From NCBI RefSeq assembly GCF_036321535.1, contig NC_087459.1, forward strand, positions 28,768,001 through 28,832,000: 64,000 nt of DNA, in the 5' to 3' direction. Shown here piece by piece: positions 1 to 12,200 of the stretch (position 1 is its first letter; each line of letters starts with the position of its first letter). The position numbers and the translations under genes were made by a program. The notes beneath the pieces are model-generated. The model ran no database searches, was not told the DNA's origin, and saw only the letters and a list, made by a program, of their open reading frames with translations. The stretch comes from Camelus dromedarius (lineage: Eukaryota).

Positions 1-228
1 GCGGGGCTGCTCAGAATTGCCTGAGGACCATGTTGGGGGGAGGGTGACCATTGCTGGTGGCCGTGAGTTCAGTTTGTGAACTTGGCTGGGAACTAGAGCG
101 AGGAGAAGAGCGACAACGTGGGAGTGTGCAGAACCAGGGAGAGGAGAAGGGGTGATGCCGGTCGGGGTTCCTGGTTCTTTGAAGGTGCACAGGAGCAGGA
201 GGGTGGAGACAGAGGGGGAGTTCCTCAC

Positions 229-3200
229 TTCTGGTCCTCATCCTCTGAGGTCTGCCAGCTGTTACCCAGCTCCACCTCATCTCGCGCTGGTCTGCCATCT
301 GGCTTCTGGTTGTCGTTGCTGCTGTCGCCATCATAGTTGCCACAGAATCCACAGAGTTTGTCAGAGTAGGTGCTGCAGGGGCCGGGGGAAGAGGAGGTGT
401 GAGCGGAGAGAAGGGGCCTCCATCATCCGTCATCCAAGGGACCACAGCAGAGAGGGGATGAGGAGGGCGCGCAGGCATGAGCTGGGGGTGGGTGGCGAGA
501 TGCAGACTCGGAACAGAGGTTCCATGCCAGGCACCAGGTGCACAGGGACCTCATCGTGGCCCTCACACTTGGGGCATTTTTTACGTCTCCCCTCAACCCC
601 TTCTGCTCACATCCCATCTTCCAGCCACAGCAAACCTCTCGCTGGCCCTGAGACATTCCACTTTCCTTTCTCAAGATGTGTTGTTCACTATTTCTATAAA
701 GCCTTTCTTTCCCTTGTTTGTCCATCTGGGGAGCTACTCTTCCTTGAAGACTGGGGTCAAGAGACCCCTCTCCTGAAGGCTCCCATGGCTCATTGGTGAC
801 TCCTCCTAGCACATTCCCAAAGCCTTATGTATATATCTTGCTACTTTGACGCTGCCCTGAAACCATTTCTTCCCCTTCCTTGACCAAAGGGAAGCCTGAG
901 GGTTGAACTGGCTGCTTCCTCGTCACAACTGAGAATTCGTGCCACGGGGACGTCAGAGGACTTGGATGGGAGGGTCCCTGGAGGGGGAGGGGCAGAGTGG
1001 GTGACCTGGCAGTTGCCTCGCTGGGTGGCGCCCTCACCTGGGCACAGTCACAAACAGCTGCTGGTCACCGTCCCATCTCACCCGCAGACCGAACGCCGTC
1101 TGCAGCTCCACAAATCGCCCACTTGGAGCCAGGAAGACGCCTTTAGAAGGTATGGCTGGAAGGGTGACTAGCTGACCCCCAACCTGGAAGGTGGGGCCGA
1201 GGGAGGAGACAGAGAGACAGATCCGAGGGTCAAGGAGGACACCCAGTGGACTCCCGTATCCCCACTGTGGTGCAAATGTTCTCCTCCACTCCACGTGCAA
1301 TGCTCTGGAGGGTTGGGAAGCTGGAGGAGCTGGGCGGGACGAGGCCACGGTGGCCCACCAGATGGGCCGCAGCCAGCCTGAGTGGAGAACGGACTCACCA
1401 GCGTGCGTCTGCCCTTGAGCAGGGTGATGGTGGTTTCGGGCAGAGTCACGTAGACCTTGCTTAGGTGGGACACGCCTTCTTGTCCTTGATCCTCATTCTT
1501 TACTGTCACCCTGAAGAATGGCTCTGGGCAGGGAGAGGGTGGGCTCATTCAGGAAGCATTTCTGAGCAGCCACTGAGGGTGGCACCCCCATCCAGCCCTC
1601 GGGGATAAAGGGCCACAGAGACAGAGGCTCTGCGGTTCAAGAGGGGAGGCAGGACCCCAACGAGAGTGGGGTGTCATCCAGAACAGCCTGGGCCCATGTG
1701 CTGCGAATCCATCCCCCCTCAGTGGACGGGGACATCCTCTAGGACAGGGTGTTTGTGCTACTTCTCTCGTGCCTTTATTGCCTCAATCAGAGCTGGCCAG
1801 GGAAGCAACTGATGCAGAGAAGTGTCTCAACCTGCGTTTCCCCCAGGACTCTTTCCTGAGAGCCCTGCTTCTGGGGTGGACGTGTCACCCCTTACTCTCC
1901 AGCCAGCCTCGCTCCCATCTTGCCCTGCTATCTGCTCTGGCCCTGTCCTGCTGGCTGCAGCGCTCCAGGGCCCAGCTGCTCTGACCTCAGACCCCTCTGG
2001 TCCTACCTGTCAGGTTGCCACAGGGTTGAGTCAAGATGTAGGTGCACTTGCCCATGAAGTTAAAACGCCTCCCGTCGAAGGTGAGGTAATGAGGGTCTCC
2101 GTAGGCGGAGCAGGTGGCAGGGCCTGCCGAGGGGATGCAGGGGACACGTGAAGCTGGCTCACCAGGCCAGGCCCCGTGCCACCTCACCCACCCAGTGGCC
2201 TGCCCCAGCTCTTCTGGTCGATGGAGGGATTGGGCCCCTGGTGTCAGGCCCACGTGGACAGGCAGGGACAGTGTGAGGAGAGGGTCTCACCATAGGGGTG
2301 GCATCGGTACTGGCCCTTCTTCAGCTGGCACACTGTGCGCCCCCCGCACTTATAGGCCTGGCACTCCATCCGACTGCCAGGCCAGCAGCGGCACCGCTCT
2401 GTGCAGTTGGGGCTGAACCACTCTGACCCCGCCTGAGAGCAAGGGAGCCAGAGTCACAAGGCTGCAGCTCCCAGGCAGACTCCATCATTTCATACTGTAG
2501 CCCCCTCTTCTCCTCCACGCCTGCAGACCTCACCTTGCTCGGACTCCTGCTCTCCTCACCACCCAGCAGATATTCCTGCCCAACCCAGGCCCTTTGCATA
2601 TGCTGTGCTTGCACCCTGGAATGCCCGTCGTCCCTCTCCCTCTTTCTAAACCATTGCTCTGCGATCAGCGAAGTCCGGCCCAAGGGTTGTACTTCCTCAG
2701 GAAGACATCTCAGACCTCCCTGACTAGCCCCTGGTGCCTTTCCTTCCCAGGACTTGCCACGATTGCACTTTTATATTAATCTTTGTGGCTATTTGATTAG
2801 AAGCACCCCTGCGAGGGACTGTGTCTATCTTCACTTGCTTTCTTAGCACCAACATGTAGCACAGTGCCTGGTAAAGAGTTCTCATTTAATAAATACTGAA
2901 TGAAAAAGTGAACCAAGGCTCGACGGGTCCCCCAGAATCTGACAGCACGAGGAGAGCAAGGACATGCCCTATACATGGGGACCCCAATGCCAAGAGGATT
3001 GAAGGTAGCCAGTAAATGTTTGCTGAATGCATAAGTGAACATATAATAAGTGCATATATATCTCTCAGGCAGAGGAAAGAGATGCTTGCTGCTGACGGTT
3101 GTGACAGATCTTTCTACCCAGGCTGCAGCTTCAGCTAATCTTAATGCTGACACAGGGACACCCAGGAGACTGCTTAAGAGGGTTTGGGGAGGAAGTGGCC

Positions 3201-6200
3201 CCTCAAGAGACGAGCAGGAACTCGGATGGCCCAGGGGAAGAACACCAGGAGCTGAGAAGGGGCACTAGACTCTCATAAATAGTTCACAGCACTTTTAATT
3301 AACAGGTCACATATATTTATCATAAATTGCTAATAATCATAATTAGCATTTATTAAGTAACTGGTCTTGTCAGGATCTAGCTTCATCTTCACAACAACCT
3401 TATGAGATAGATAATCTTACTGTGCACATTTTATAGGTGTGGAAATGAACTGGAAAAGGTAAAGAACCTGGCCGGAGGTCACTCAGCAAATGAGTGCTGG
3501 AGCCTGGATTCAAGCTCAGACCCGCCTGACTGGAGGGCGGCTCTGTCCAGCGCCATGGCCACCAGCCACGTGAGGCCAGAGAGCTCGTGAAATATGGCCG
3601 CTGCAAACTGAGATACGCTCTAAGTGTGAAATACACACTGGATTTTGAAGACTCAATAGGGGAAAAAAAAGGTATATAAACGATTTCATTGATTGATAAC
3701 CACTGATTACATGTTGAAATGAGAATATTTGGGACTGAGAAGATGATTTGGGTTAATATAATCTGTTTCCTTGTGCTTTTCTAAAATCTGCTATTAGGAC
3801 ACATACATGCCATGTGAGGCTTGCACACCATCCCCTTCAGATGGCACTGACACAGCACCTGCGCCCCTTCAGAGCCTCTGCTCTGGTAGAACCTTCCGGG
3901 GCGGGGGGGGGTACATCAATCAAGGAAGAACAGTAACTACTGTCCATTGACCTCTCCAATCAGAATTTGCAAGTTCCTTTGGAAGAAGATTCTGGAATGC
4001 CTCATTCTGCCTTGAAAATACCTGAATCNNNNNNNNNNNNNNNNNNNNNNNNNNNNNNNNNNNNNNNNNNNNNNNNNNNNNNNNNNNNNNNNNNNNNNNN
4101 NNNNNNNNNNNNNNNNNNNNNNNNNNNNNNNNNNNNNNNNNNNNNNNNNNNNNNNNNNNNNNNNNNNNNNNNNNNCGCTCTACCACTGAGCTATACCTTC
4201 CCCTCCCAGGGCTCTCTGTCTATGCAGGGCCCCCTGACTTTCCTCAGGATGGAGATGAGGGCCCTGCACCACCTGGTTGGTCTAGCGTCTAATGTATCAT
4301 GGCTGCCAGTGTGAGATGGAGAAATACAGAAACATCAGGACTGCTGGGAGCACTCAGGACAGGGCCACGGATGACAACGGAAACTTCCGCACTGCCCAAC
4401 GTCATGCTGGTCTAAAGTAAGTGCTTAACAAATGTTTCTTATGTGAATAGAGATGACAATCAAAAACCACACGCTGAATGAATGACTCCCCCACTGTGTA
4501 ACCACTGCCAGAGAGCTGACCCCTTGGGAATATCCCTTGGCTCCAAATTCATCTCACCTGGACAGCAGGCGGGGCCAGACCCCAGGGTTTCGGCTCAGCC
4601 TCTCCCTCAGGGGAGCTGAGCGGCCCAGTGGTCTCACCTTATAGAAATTTTCATTGTAGAAGCAATTGCAGGAAGAGGCGTTGATGCAGCGGGAGCCATT
4701 GAAGAAAAAGCCAGGATTGCAAACACAGCCGGGCTTGCAGGGGCGCCCACAGTTGGGTGTGGGGCTCTGGCAGGATGCCGGGCAGGCGCAGGGCTCAAAG
4801 TGGGCATCTGGGGGGCAGTTCACTAAGGGGGAGACAGGCTCCATCAAACCTCCACTCTACAGCTTTTCTCCCATCTCCCCTCTACGCCCTGCTCCCATTC
4901 TCCCAGTCACGAAAGACCACACAGTATATGACTCCCTGTGTATCAAATGTCCACAACAGGAAGATTCATAGAGACAGAACGTAGATGAGTGGTTGCCAAG
5001 GATGTGAAGGTGGGGGAATGGGGTGTAACTGCTAATGGGCACAGACTTCCTCTTTGGGGTGATGAAAGGGCTCTGGAATTGGTAAGTGGCGATGTTCACA
5101 CAATCTTGTGACTCTGTTAAGACCACTGACTTGTATACTTTGAAAAGATGAATTTTTACGGCAGTGAATTATATTTCAACAAAAAAAAGAAGTAGTAGCC
5201 TGGTGCTTGCGTTCCAACCATCCCCACCCCACCCGCGCCCTGCTGTCCCTCTCACTCAGGATTCCTCATCACTTCTTCTAAAGTCACCATGTCTGATTCA
5301 TCTCTCCTCTGAGACTGCAGTTTTCAACTAGAAGCAGCTGTTTCCCCAGCCCTGTCACCCAGTCACTGTCTCTTACTTTCATCTCTTTGTCCAATGCTCC
5401 ACCACATACCTGTAGTGGTGGCCGGGGTCACAGTGGTCATGGAGGTACTTGGAGCACCAGGAGGCACCCCTAGGACTGTTGGCCCAGTGGGTACAAGGGT
5501 AGGGCTGGACAGGGGTGTCGCAGGAGCTCTGGTCCTTTCAGTGGGGATCGTGGGTTTTTCTGTGGGAATGGTGGTCCTTTCAGTGGGAGTGGTGGGTTTT
5601 TCTGTGGGGATGGTGGTCCTTTCAGTGGGAATGGTGGTCCTTTTGGTGGGGACTGTGGGTTTTTCTGTGGGGATGGTGGTCTTTTTAGTGGGAATGGTGG
5701 TCCCTTCAGTGGGAGTGGTGGTCCTTTTAGTGGGAATAGTGGTCTTTTTGGTGGTAGTGGTGGTCCTTTCAGTGGGAGTGGTGGTCCTTTCAGTGGGAGT
5801 GGTGGTCCTTTTAGTGGGAATAGTGGTCTTTTTGGTGGTAGTGGTGGTTCTTTCAGTGGGAATGGTGGTCCTTTCTGTGTGGATGGTGGTCTTTTTGGTG
5901 GGAATGGTGGTCCTTTCAGTGGGAATGGTGGTCCTTTGGGTGGGGACCGTGGGTTTTTCTGTGGGGACGGTGGGTTTTTCTGTGGGGACGGTGGTCCTTT
6001 CTGTGGGGATAGTGGTCCTTTCAGTGGTAATGGTGGTCCTTTCAGTGGGGACGGTGGCCCTTTGGGTGGGGGCCGTGGGTTTTTCTGTGGGGATGGTGGT
6101 CCTTTCTGTGGGGATAGTGGTCCTTTCAGTGGTAATGGTGGTCCTTTCAGTGGGGATGGTGGTCCTTTGGGTGGGGACCGTGGGTTTTTCTGTGGGGATG

Positions 6201-9200
6201 GTGGTCCTTTCTGTGGGGGTGGTGGGCTGCTCAGTGAGCCCAGTGGGTTTTTCTGTGGGCACTGCAGGTTTTCCTGTGGGGACTGTAGGACTTTCTGTGG
6301 GGATTGTAGGTTTTTCAGTGGAAACAGTGGGCTTTTCTGTGGTGACAGTGGCTATTTCACTGGGGACAGATGGTTTTTCTGTGGGGGCCATAGGTTTTTC
6401 TGTGAAGACAGAGGTTTCAGAAGGGACTGTAGTGGGGACTGGAGATTTGGAAGGAAGCACTGTTGGCTCAGGGCCTGTAAAGAAAAAAAATTTCCTGGAG
6501 TTTAGTCAAAATCATACCACCACCCTCTTGACACATCCAACTGGAGTGGGTGGGCTCAAGGGGATAAGTTACTCACACCTCTCCGTCCGCTCCCAGCCCC
6601 AACCTCCACTCAACACTCAACAAGCTGCTCCCCATAGATATCTGATGCTGTGCTGAGTGCAGGAAACACGGAACAAACAGGATATCGGCCCTCCCTGCAG
6701 GATCACCTTTCACTAGGTAAGGGGTCCTGGATCCAAACACAGAAATCCGTGACATCAAAGCCACATTCACTCAAGCAAGCATCTGAGGGGGGCCGGGAAG
6801 GTTACAGGTGGGCAGAGTATAGAAACCAAAGCTGTGTGAGGACTCGGGCACAAGAGGGGACTTGCATTCTGAGGAGCACATGCAGAGAAGCCCAAGAGCT
6901 GGTCACCCCAGAGCATGGCCCCCTTTCTGGGGCCTTGGGTCTTGTCTTACCCCGACAGGTCCCGTGGTTGATCGAGATGAATCCCACAGCAACAACGAAG
7001 GCAGTGTTGGTGCCCCTGACAGCCTCGAATGTCAGCTGAAGGGATGAGGGAGAAAGAAGGAAGAGAGAAACGAAAGGGAACCCCTGGCAACTCAATGACT
7101 CTCTGGGCTCCACTGAAATGTTGCCTTGCGGTGGCCGCCACAGCCCAACGGGGGCCCGCCAGAGAAACTTCTGGGAATCACAGGGTTCCTCTGCTCTGCT
7201 CTTTTCCGGAGTCCCATCCTCTCAGCCCCAGTTGTGCTCTCAGATCCCCAGGCATTAGGTCCCCATCACCAGGCCCCATGGTGACGCTGGCAGGGCCCCT
7301 CTCCGTCTCTCACCTGAATGGGCCGCTGATGTCCCAAAGGGATGGTGACAGAGGCTTTCAGCCAGTCAGGGCTCTGAGACCCAACGCGTTCCCAGAGAGA
7401 ACTTGGGGAACTGCCTGCAGGACTCGCCAGCAGAAGCCTGAGCTTTGCTTCCTCTCCAAGGCCATACATGTGGTAAGCAAACTCCACACAGATCGCACCC
7501 GGGGCGCAGAAGGGCCGGCTCACCAGTCTGAAAGCCTGGCCTGCCTGGGAGACCTTGTCAGTCTCCAGGTAGACATAGTGACCTTCTGGGCAAAAGAAGG
7601 GAACAGGTAAGTTGAGAGACCTCCAGAGGACAAGTGTAGTGTTTTCTTTAGTGACATCTTACTTTCCAAATGGGGATTTGATGCAAACACCCAAACTCCC
7701 CATGTTAGAGTGGGGAATTTTGTTTGCTTGTTTGTTTTGTTTTTTCTTGCTCACTTTAGACTTCTAACAGAAGAAGGCAGGACCAGAAAGAGAGGGAAAA
7801 CCAAACCAGCAACCCAGCTTCCTTTGTTGGCTGCGCCAGTAAATGTCTTGACTGAAAAATGACACTGGATTTTGAAGGCATGGGCTCAATGCAGTGAGAT
7901 GCCTGGATTCTCTGGGGGTTTCAAGTGGCCCAACAAGCACCTGCTGGCTGATCCTCACCACCTACAAGATCTTCCATCAATCACACCAGCCGGGCCCCTC
8001 GCAGAGAGCAAATTCGGTAACTGCTTGGCTAGAGGGGTCCTCCATCTCCTCACCTCCACTGAGGGAGCCTCCGAAGGGGCCTGGACCCTGGATGGGTGTA
8101 CTTTCATTTCCCTGGGTCCAGTGTCCACCATTCTGGGATATCTGGATCCAGTCACAAAAAGGGTGGGCATCGTCTTCAAAGTCACACTGAGGAAAGCTCT
8201 CTGGGGGATCAAAATGGGAGATTTGAGAAATGTGGGCCATGCTCTCTATTTCTGCCCCCCGCTTCTGAGAGCCGCTCTCACCCCCACAGGGAGCGATGCT
8301 GATTGCATCCACCGCCACAGCTGGCTCGGGGATCTTTCCAAACACGCCCACCATGGTGAACTGAAAAGAGAGGGGGCTGGAGTGAGAAAACACCCCAGAC
8401 ATTCAGCCCCTCTCCATCTGATTTTATTCTGTTCAGGGACCCAGGCGCCTCCAGTGCTCCAACCCTCAATCCATTTCTATATCGGGGGTGTATCCCACAT
8501 TCTAGGAGGCTCAATCTCTTGCTTTCCTGTACCTGAATCCGCCCCTGGCCTGTGTAATTGACAGAAACAGGCTGCCAGTTGGGTCCGGGTTGTCCTGAGA
8601 AGAGAGTGTGTTTCTGGATGCTGCCTACAATGGAAGGAATCCGAGAAACTTGTGAGATTAATGGGATGGGAAAATGACTTCAAACTTACACTCAGAAGGA
8701 TGAGTAGCAAAAAGAATACTTGGAGGTCTTCCTCTCCCCTAAGTGCAAGTACATCCATCTCTCTCACTCTTCCGGCATTTTAATCTATTTTTTCCAGAAA
8801 CCAGTGCCCTCCCAGCTCCCCAATTCCACTCCATGGAATAATCTTGCACATATCCCAGATTTCCATAGACACTGAGGGATTCCCCACCTCTCCTTATCAA
8901 CCCAACCCGGGGAGAAGAGCCTCAAGTCATTATAAATCCTGGGGCTTAGCCACTTTTACCCAAGACAGAAGCGTAGATCATGAGGGCTGCACCTGGGGAC
9001 TGGTTATGGAGGGTGTAGTGAAAGGACAGGCTCAGGCAGCCGGAGGACCGGCTCAGAGGGCTCAGGAGGGCAGATTTCTGCCCTGGTTTTGCATTCTTGG
9101 CGTCCAGGAGCATGTAGAAGCCACCTGGGAAGGAAAAGGCCAGTTAAGTGGGGAGGGTGGTGGTGGCTGGAATTAGGGGGTGTATGGCATAGGGTTAGGG

Positions 9201-12200
9201 GCTGCAAGGGCAAGGAGCCTGGCCTGAGGATCCCTAACAGCTGCCTAGGCTCAGCCAGCACTGAGGTGGGTCTACACCTGCCTCACGACTGGCTAAGGCC
9301 TTGGATCCTTCCAGAAGTGTTCGGTAGGTCTGGGTGAGGATGCAGGTACTGCCTAGGAAAAGCGGCATCCTCTCAGAAGCAGCAGCCAGAACCTTGTTCT
9401 TTGGATTCTGACCTTTTAGGTCCCCCAGGGTCATATCCTCTTCCTTTTCTTGGCCCCCTGGACATGGCTGATTCACACAAACTGGTGAGAGAGCGAGCCT
9501 GATACTGACGAGCAGGGGATCCCCTCACCACCACCTTTGCCCGCCACAAGATCAGGCAGCCAATCAGCTTGGACCTCGCTTCGTGACGCAACTGGTAGCG
9601 GGGGTAGGGGGGAAGGGATTAAAGCTGCCGCCGACAGCGCGCACGCGTGCGTGCACCTGCCCAACGCCCACGGGGTTTTGCCTGCTGAGCACGCGCCTCC
9701 GGGGCGGGAAAGGTGGGCTTCTGGAAGGGAGAGAAGACGGAGAAGACGGCTGAAGAGGAAGGAGTGGGCATGAGTGGGAGGGAAGAGGAAAGGAAAGATC
9801 AGAGGAAGGAGAGCATGGAGTTGGGGGTTGGGAAAGATGGACAAGAATGGCCTCTGCCCTTGCCCGGTCCCTTCAGTGGAGTCTCACACAAGAAACCAGG
9901 TGAGCCTTTTAAGCATAAGTCAGGTCTAGTCACTCCTCTGTTCCAAATCGTGCAAAGGCTCCCCATCCATGTAGAATAAAAGCCACAGATAGTCCTGACA
10001 GTGGCCTTCAAGGCTCCACGTGGTCAGCCCCTCCCAGGACAGGTCTGAGCTCATCCTCTTGGGGTCTTTGCATGGCTGGACCCTCTTCTTAGAATGTTCT
10101 TTGCCTCAATAACTTCATGCCTTACTCCCTCACCTCCTTCAAGTTTGTGTTCACATGTGACCTCTATGAGACCTACTCTGACCCCCCGTTTAAAACTTAC
10201 AACCTACCCTACTCTGCTCTCCCAATCCCCTTACTTTGTTCAATTTTTTTTTTCTTTTAGTACTCACCTCATAACTATATAATTTACTTCTTTGTTGTTT
10301 CAGGAACTATCTTTCCATTGCCCCCCCCCCCATCTGTTTTGTAAGCTGTTGCATCTCAAGGGCCTGGGACAGTATCTTGCACATCCTAAGTGCTTAATAA
10401 ATATTTGTTGGATGAATGAAGAATGAAGGGTGCCAGGGAAAAGAGGTGAGGAGCTGGCCGTGTCGGATGGGCCAGGGAGGGCTTTTGGGGGAAGCTGGCT
10501 AGGTGATAGAGTTTGCTTTCTGCTGTATAACTTGGGCTGATAGAGATTTGAGGTTGCTGGGATTCACCCCAGGCCATCCTAAGAGAGTTATGGTCGACTT
10601 GTCAGGCAAACATCGTAAACTCCCACAGAGGTCACTAGAAGAAAGTCAAAGGATGGAAGCGTGGCCACTACTCACTGCCAGGGCTAGAGAAGTCATCCTC
10701 GGGCCCCACGTTCAGTACCCCTGTCGACCCGTTCTTCTGGACCCACTTGGCCCCAGAGGTCGTCGGGATCCAGCTCCAGCCACAGAGATCATTTGGGGTA
10801 TCAAAGCTGCACATTTGCATCATGCAGACTGAGAGGAAAGCAAGGAGGAAGGACTCAGCATTAAGTAAAAGGAGGCAGCTCAGAAAAGTATACCTTAGTC
10901 TGGAGTCAGAATTCTGAGTCCCAATCTGGGTCCTACTGTGAGCCATGGCCGGCTTGCAAGCCATTTAAGATCCCCTCTCCTCAGCCACTGTGTTCCTAGC
11001 ACAGGTTACTTAAGCTTCCTAAGCCTCAGTTTCCCCATCAATGAACTAGGAACAACAGTACCTGCCTGTTGTTAATTACATCACGGGTGGGAGCATCTAG
11101 CACAGGCCTGTCCTCAGTTAAGTGTTAGTTCCTTGCATGCAGCTTCTGGAATGTTCTTTCCCTTGAATTTGTTCCCCTCGAATCTCTAATGTCAGCTCAG
11201 AGGGCTAATTCTGGGTGGATCTGGAGTAACAGGCAGGATGGCCAAACATCCAAGTGTGCCTGGGACTGAGGGTTTCCTGAGTGTGCTAAAATATGGACAG
11301 CCCAGGGCCATCCAGAATGACAGGTGTCACCACAATTCGAGATTCCAAGAGAACCTCTCTTTAGGTGTGACTGCTTCAGAAGTCAAAGGTCTGGGGTGCA
11401 GAAGTAGAGGGAAGCAAGTAGCCTGGAAAGAACCAGGGTCATGGTCCCTGAGCTACCCTGCTAAGGCAGATGTGCAGAGGTGGGGAGAAAGAGGAGTAGG
11501 GACAAGGGCTCACTCCGATTGCAGGAGCCCCGATGGATGGAGATGGCGTCCAGAGCAATGCCCAGGTAAGCAGTGCTGCCCCGCACTCCTTCAAATGTCA
11601 GCTGCGGGAAGGAAGAGGGGATCACCCACCTTGTGAGCCCCTTTGCCTCGGGCTCCCACTTTCCCGCCCGAATTCAGATGGCCTAGCTCCCCGTGTCCCC
11701 TCCTTGTCCCAGCCCAGCCCTTCCTGGGCTCCCCTCACCAAGAACCCAGCCTCTGCCCTCGGCCTCACCCGGCTGGGCAGGACGAGCCCAGTGGGCACCG
11801 AGACGGCAGTGGGCATCCAGGAGGGGCTCTGCGTGTTAGTGTGTTTCCAGAGCACGTTGGGGCGTTTGCCCTTGGTGCCCGTGGTCCGCAGCAGTCTGAG
11901 CTGGGCGCCCCACGACAGCCCGAACATGTAGTAGACGAAGCGCACGCAGAGGGGGCCTTGTTGCCATATTGGGGGGCTGTGCAGGCGGGCCACCCCGCCC
12001 GGGTGGAAGTGGTTTGGTACCATGTACAGGTAGTAGCCCTCTGGGGGAGGCAGAGCCCAGGATGGTGAGGCCCTGCCACCTCCAAGGGCTGCCCCCCACC
12101 CCCTTCCCAGAGCCCAAGCATCCTCTTCCTGCCGCCTCCCTGTACTCGGAACTGCCCATGTCCACCTCCCAGATGCCTCCCTAAGCCTAGGTTTCCTCAC

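Noticed and set aside
5394-6656. 420-aa Val/Gly-rich and 208-aa Gly/Phe-rich plus-strand ORFs
   Set aside because: Antisense shadows of the stop-poor ZAN mucin minisatellite; no independent gene signals.
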